Origin: an uncultured Eubacteriales bacterium
Lineage (GTDB): Bacteria; Bacillota; Clostridia; Lachnospirales; Lachnospiraceae
DNA: 61,760 nt
Assembly (NCBI GenBank): GCA_900319095.1
Contig: ONNE01000064.1
Location: forward strand, 1-61,760
Direction of reading: 5' to 3'
Shown one piece after another: positions 57,229 to 61,760 of this stretch. Numbering within the stretch: the first letter of the stretch is position 1; every line of letters begins with the position of its first letter. A program made the translations under genes and the position numbers. Under the pieces are notes generated by a model. The model ran no database searches and was not told the origin of the DNA. It worked only from the letters and a program-made list of their open reading frames with translations.

Positions 57229-58416
57229 TTATGATAAATTATATTGATGACTGTCCTGCATAAATTTCTCTTCATTATATAAAATAACCAGGTCAGTGAT
57301 TTCGTTTTCTTCTTCCTGCATCTGCTCAAGATAAGTAAATACACTCTCATTTGCATACCGAAGATCTGTCATCCAGATCGACTCATAGTTCTGTGTCAGA
57401 TAAGGCAGCAATGCGTTGCTGTAAGAATCCTTTATCATAAATAGTTTTTTCCCATTTTTCGTAGGCGTATGGATTTTTGCCAATCCATAATTTCCTCCCA
57501 TAAAATAAGAATATTTATCTTCTGTCTTGAGTTTTTCCTCAACATACAGCCCTTGTTTTTTCTCCTGTTGGGGAAGATCCACCTTTGTCTTTTCTGCCGA
57601 GGGAATACCTTTCACTTCAATTTCATCTGCTTTACCAAATAAATGAATCTTATTGTACGTTGTGCCAAGAAAATCCGTGCAGACAATCTTCGTTTCTTCT
57701 GGCAGAACAATGGTCTCATCCGGTGTCAATGACTGCATGAGCGCCCGGTATCCATACATAGCGCCCTCCGTAGTCCAGTGATGATCCGTCCGAAAATAGA
57801 TATATTCATCTGTATGCTTTGCTAACTCCTCTTCTAAATCCAGTACAATCTCGCTGCTGTTTTTCACCGCCTTACGGACATGATCCTTCATCTCTTTTTG
57901 CTTTTTGCTTCCCACTGCAAAAGGGGGAAGATCATCAGAAAAGACCGTCTGTTTTGACGGAATAAAAACCATGCGCACATGATCTTTTCCCAATCCCTTG
58001 CTCGCCTGATTTAAAAAATCCTTTAAATACTGAATATTTTCCTGTATCTGAACATCATCAAAATCCGAATCCGAATATTTTTCTATCAACCGATTGTTTT
58101 TTGCCAGATAAACCTTGTGTATTTCCCTTTTGCCACAGATATATTGGTACATTGCCTGGACTCCGACGGATTGATCCCTGGCGGGAAACTGGTCATTTAA
58201 ATAGGTCTCAAATTCTCTCTCCCACTCAGATGACATCAATTTTTTGCCACTCACTGGCGGAAATTGTGCAAGATTTCGATTCTCCCTCTCTGAATAGCTT
58301 CGATCCGGACATAGGAAATGCAACACTCCCAGTGCCAGCAGTATACCACCAATCAGCAAAACGTTTAGGATTTGAACTATTTTCGTAAAATGCCCTGGCT
58401 TCTTTGTGCGTTCCAT
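57229..58416 (-). CDS. DHHW family protein (AlgJ/AlgX-like SGNH acyltransferase partner)
   Basis: SERENRNL, DQFPARD, YFRTDHHWT and IKDSYSN motifs. Confidence 0.88.
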   Translation of the reverse strand: MERTKKPGHFTKIVQILNVLLIGGILLALGVLHFLCPDRSYSERENRNLAQFPPVSGKKLMSSEWEREFETYLNDQFPARDQSVGVQAMYQYICGKREIHKVYLAKNNRLIEKYSDSDFDDVQIQENIQYLKDFLNQASKGLGKDHVRMVFIPSKQTVFSDDLPPFAVGSKKQKEMKDHVRKAVKNSSEIVLDLEEELAKHTDEYIYFRTDHHWTTEGAMYGYRALMQSLTPDETIVLPEETKIVCTDFLGTTYNKIHLFGKADEIEVKGIPSAEKTKVDLPQQEKKQGLYVEEKLKTEDKYSYFMGGNYGLAKIHTPTKNGKKLFMIKDSYSNALLPYLTQNYESIWMTDLRYANESVFTYLEQMQEEENEITDLVILYNEEKFMQDSHQYNLS

Positions 58417-58435
58417 TTCTTCCTCCTGTCCTTTT

Positions 58436-59851
58436 CTAAAATCGAAAATATAAAAACGGATTGTAAGTATCGGAAACAATGCATGCGATACAAAGCAACA
58501 GCAGTGCCGCTGTTCCAAACAACTGTGCAATTTTCACTGCGTAAGGAAATCGTTTCATGCTTTTTTGCATCAACCGATGCATCAGGGATGTCATAGAGAC
58601 CGCCCCCAAAACCCACACGCCTGAGTAACTGATGGCTCTGTACACTGCCTCATTGTGAATGAGTCCAACACCATTTACTCTCCCCAGAAAAGGAAATAAA
58701 GCAGCAAAAAAATCCAACGGTTTCTTCATATCGACAATCGAAAAGATTCCCCAACCGATCACAACCACAAACATCGTATACAGCCATGAAAAAATTTTGG
58801 GTATCTTCACTAAAACCTTTCCGAGAAAAACTTTCTCCAAAATTAAAAAGAATGCATAATAAATACCCCATAGGACAAAATTCATGGAGGCTCCATGCCA
58901 CAGGCCGGTAAGCATCCAAACAGCCAAAAGATTGACCATCTGCCTTGCCACTCCCCGTCGGTTGCCTCCCATCGGGATATATACATATTCACGAAACCAG
59001 CTTCCCAGACTGATATGCCATCGTCTCCAGAACTCAGTAATGGATTTAGATTCATATGGATATTGAAAGTTTTCGGAAAAATGAAAGCCAAACATCCTTC
59101 CCAATCCAATTGCCATATCCGAGTAACCTGAAAAATCAAAATAGATCTGTAGTGAAAATGCCACAAGTCCGATCCACGCATCCGCTGTTGACAAACTGGA
59201 TCCATCTAACAAACGAATTTCATCCCAGAGAGAACCAAATGAATTTGCGAGCAGAACTTTTTTTCCCAACCCCACAACAAATCGGTTCAATCCTTCCGAG
59301 AGATCTTCCCATGTCTCCTCTCTATCATCTAATTCTTTTTGTACCGTCTCATACCTCACGATGGGTCCTGCAATCAATTGAGGAAACATCGCAATATATG
59401 TAGCGAACGAAAGGATGTGATGATTTGCCCCGGTCTTTCCCCGGTAAACATCAATCAGATACGACATCGCCTGAAATGTATAAAAACTTATTCCTATCGG
59501 AAGAGCCAGTGCCATAAAAGAAATCGTTTGGCCTGTCAAGACCTCTATGCCATTCAAAATCATCCGCTCATATTTAAATACTGCCAGAGTACCGAGATTT
59601 AATAAAATGGCACTGACCAATACCGCCTTTTTTCTCTTTGGAGATTGTGTGCGTTCCAGCAGAAGACCCGCCATAAAATGAATCAGAATCGATCCGATCA
59701 TCAGAAAAAGATACCTCGGTTCTCCCCATGCATAGAACAGAAGACTGAATAAAAGAAGAACCGCATTGCGCATCCATTTGGGAACAAGATAGTAGAGAAT
59801 CCCCACACAGGGAAGAAATACTGTCAAAAAAATAATACTGCTAAAAACCAT
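58436..59851 (-). CDS. MBOAT family O-acyltransferase (AlgI/PatA-like)
   Basis: LPIGISFYTFQ, FPQLIAGPIVR, YFDFSGYSDMAIG, FWRRWHISL and GLWHG motifs. Confidence 0.95.
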   Translation of the reverse strand: MVFSSIIFLTVFLPCVGILYYLVPKWMRNAVLLLFSLLFYAWGEPRYLFLMIGSILIHFMAGLLLERTQSPKRKKAVLVSAILLNLGTLAVFKYERMILNGIEVLTGQTISFMALALPIGISFYTFQAMSYLIDVYRGKTGANHHILSFATYIAMFPQLIAGPIVRYETVQKELDDREETWEDLSEGLNRFVVGLGKKVLLANSFGSLWDEIRLLDGSSLSTADAWIGLVAFSLQIYFDFSGYSDMAIGLGRMFGFHFSENFQYPYESKSITEFWRRWHISLGSWFREYVYIPMGGNRRGVARQMVNLLAVWMLTGLWHGASMNFVLWGIYYAFFLILEKVFLGKVLVKIPKIFSWLYTMFVVVIGWGIFSIVDMKKPLDFFAALFPFLGRVNGVGLIHNEAVYRAISYSGVWVLGAVSMTSLMHRLMQKSMKRFPYAVKIAQLFGTAALLLLCIACIVSDTYNPFLYFRF

Positions 59852-59865
59852 ACTGTTATTTCCGC

Positions 59866-60393
59866 CTAAACTAATTTTTTAAATGTACTCACTGCTTTTT
59901 TATTACCGGACGTATCCAGGACAAACAGATAGACATATTTTCCTTTACTTCCCACCGCAGCATGGTTTAACAATTTTTTTCCTTTATCTGAAAAATAATT
60001 TTCATTGCTCTTTTTCTCATTTGAGACAAAAGTTTTCAAATTCTTAACAATCGTTGCCACCTCTTTTTTATTCTTCGCCTCGCAGACAAAACAAATCCTT
60101 TCTTCACTTGAATCGGCATGACGAAAAGCAGTATATTTTGAAAAATATTTTGTCGAGACACCAAGTACACTGCTATATCCACCAAATACATTTTTTATCT
60201 TCGTATTGATTTTGTCCTTGCTGCCCAGTCCATAGTTTTTTCCATATGCTTTTTTTACCTCGGATACAATTTTTTGATCCGTTGTTTTCTTTGCCGCACG
60301 GCTTGGAAAAGTTTGTACCATCGATGCAAAGATCACTGTCAGAATACACAGGCAGGCCACCAAAAATATCCGAATACAAATTTCCTTTTTCAT
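59866..60393 (-). CDS. Exported DUF4358-like protein
   Basis: Signal peptide and a C-terminal NY...LNHAAVGSKGKYVYLFV pattern. Typical neighbour of MBOAT-DHHW genes. Confidence 0.6.
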   Translation of the reverse strand: MKKEICIRIFLVACLCILTVIFASMVQTFPSRAAKKTTDQKIVSEVKKAYGKNYGLGSKDKINTKIKNVFGGYSSVLGVSTKYFSKYTAFRHADSSEERICFVCEAKNKKEVATIVKNLKTFVSNEKKSNENYFSDKGKKLLNHAAVGSKGKYVYLFVLDTSGNKKAVSTFKKLV

Positions 60394-60425
60394 CCTCTTT
60401 ACGTTCTCCTTTTTTCCTTTTTCTG

Positions 60426-61268
60426 TTATCTCTGTAACCAGCGAAACAATGCTGCTCCAATAATCAATAAATAGCCCAGTATACTGTAAATATCCGGAAT
60501 CTGCCCCAAAAAGACAAAGCCAAGCATGGCAGCAAAAAGTATTTGCGAATAGTCAAACACCGAAATTTCTTTTGCCGGCGCATAAGTATAGGCAGCCGTA
60601 ATATTAATCTGTCCCCCCATTGCGGCAATCCCGGCAAGAATTAAAAACATCCACTGCCACCACTCCATCGGATGATAGGCAAATAGTATGTAGGGAAACG
60701 TCATCAAAGTAGAAAAAGAAGAAAAGAAAAAAACAATCAGTGGTCCTCTCTCTCCCCGATTTCCCAGTAGCCTCACAAAAGTATAGGCAATTCCTGCCCC
60801 CAGGCCACCCAGTGCCCCCACTAGTGCATAAACAAATTCAACCCGAAAGGATGGCTTCATCACACAGATCGCCCCAAAAAAAGCAACCAGAACGGCAAAC
60901 CACTCTTTCGCATTCGCTTTTTCTTTTAAAATCATCCACGAAAAAACAATGGCAAAAAACGGAGATAATTTGTTCAACATATTGGCATCCGAAATATTCA
61001 TTTTATCAATGGCATAAAAATTGCAAACAAGTCCGACACATCCACAAAAGGATCTCAATAACAAAAATGGAATGCTTCCTTTTTGAATTTTGAATTTTTC
61101 TTCTGTTCTCATCAAAATGGCTGCCGCCACAAACAATGCTACGATATTCCGGAAGAATGCTTTTTGAATCGATGGAACATCACCGGACAGCCGGACAAAA
61201 AAACTCATCATAGCAAAACAAAATGCCGCGAGTAATATATGAATGACTCCCTTTTTTTTCGCTGTCAT
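60426..61268 (-). CDS. DMT/EamA family transporter
   Basis: About 10 TM helices with FFRN, LNKLSPFF and AYTYAPAKEISVFDY motifs. Confidence 0.92.
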   Translation of the reverse strand: MTAKKKGVIHILLAAFCFAMMSFFVRLSGDVPSIQKAFFRNIVALFVAAAILMRTEEKFKIQKGSIPFLLLRSFCGCVGLVCNFYAIDKMNISDANMLNKLSPFFAIVFSWMILKEKANAKEWFAVLVAFFGAICVMKPSFRVEFVYALVGALGGLGAGIAYTFVRLLGNRGERGPLIVFFFSSFSTLMTFPYILFAYHPMEWWQWMFLILAGIAAMGGQINITAAYTYAPAKEISVFDYSQILFAAMLGFVFLGQIPDIYSILGYLLIIGAALFRWLQR

Positions 61269-61615
61269 TTCAGTCGTTCAGTCCATTCTGCCTCTTTAAA
61301 TCCAACTAGAACAAAATTGTCCCCAATCATCAAAGGTCTTTTAACCAGCATGCCATCCGATGCCAAAAGGTCATACTGTTCCTGTTCGCTCATGGCAGGA
61401 AGTTTGTCTTTAATCTGCTTTTCTCTGTAAATCATTCCACTTGTGTTAAAAAATCTTTTTAGTGGCAGTCCGCTTTTTTCGTGCCACTGCTGAATCTCTG
61501 CAGCACTTGGATTTTGCTCAACAATGTTTCGATCCTGGTATTTCACACCGTTTTCATCCAGCCACTTTTTTGCCTTTTTACATGTACTGCACTTTGGATA
61601 TTCCAAAAAAATCAT
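61265..61615 (-). CDS. ArsC/Spx family thioredoxin-fold protein
   Basis: YPKCSTCKKA, FFNTSG..YRE and DGMLVKRP motifs. Confidence 0.93.
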   Translation of the reverse strand: MIFLEYPKCSTCKKAKKWLDENGVKYQDRNIVEQNPSAAEIQQWHEKSGLPLKRFFNTSGMIYREKQIKDKLPAMSEQEQYDLLASDGMLVKRPLMIGDNFVLVGFKEAEWTERLK

Positions 61616-61637
61616 AATTACACCTCTTAGCTAAGTT

Positions 61638-61666
61638 AAAAAAGAAGTACCTTTCTAAGTACTTCT
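61638..61666 (-). terminator. Intrinsic terminator after tRNA-Lys
   Basis: AGAAGTAC-N8-GTACTTCT followed by TTTTT. Confidence 0.7.
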
Positions 61667-61680
61667 CTTCAAGAAACAAG

Positions 61681-61753
61681 TGAGGCATCGGGGACTCGAA
61701 CCCCGGACAACTTGATTAAAAGTCAAGTGCTCTACCACCTGAGCTAATGCCCC
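61681..61753 (-). tRNA. tRNA-Lys (anticodon TTT), CCA not encoded
   Basis: GGGGCAT/ATGCCTC acceptor stem, TAGCTCAG..GGTAGAGC D arm, CTTGA-CTTTTAA-TCAAG anticodon arm and GGTTCGAGTCC T arm. Confidence 0.97.
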
Positions 61754-61760
61754 TTATTTA

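Noticed and set aside
46088-61753. Genomic island integrated at tRNA-Lys
   Set aside because: No integrase, no duplicated tRNA 3' end was seen, and housekeeping-type genes follow the tRNA terminator directly.

Overview
Core-chromosome segment of a spore-forming, flagellated Clostridia bacterium, most consistent with Lachnospiraceae (inference from gene content and the DUF5702/DUF6382/DUF6240-type loci). Most genes are on the minus strand. No transposase, integrase, phage gene or CRISPR array was seen. Housekeeping content includes a partial NYN/LOTUS gene, bioY with a BirA operator, spmAB with a sigma-E promoter, mecA, xth, pckA, a small 2[4Fe-4S] ferredoxin missing from the ORF track, pgi, murG, the panG-panBCD-coaBC operon, an MBOAT/DHHW/DUF4358 acylation cluster and tRNA-Lys(TTT). 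The most interesting part is 17.8-34.1 kb. It holds an 11-gene Tad/Flp pilus operon with two prepilin peptidases, a minor pilin carrying two tandem His/Cys zinc-finger-like modules (possible DNA receptor) and a pseudokinase-like/degenerate-FHA membrane protein. Next to it is a sigma-28-driven operon (giant repeat-rich FliK-like protein, translationally coupled flagellin, atypical FliS), a degenerate HD-GYP protein and an antisense yaaL gene with a forespore-type promoter. Other items worth checking: a membrane-anchored zinc-ribbon/colicin-D-like RNase fusion, an exported protein with a (DYDCDC)n Cys/Asp repeat, an orphan histidine pseudokinase, two surface-protein genes sharing an ECF-sigma promoter, and an AraC-led operon of four ABC transporters. 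All family assignments come from motif recognition by eye, not database searches.
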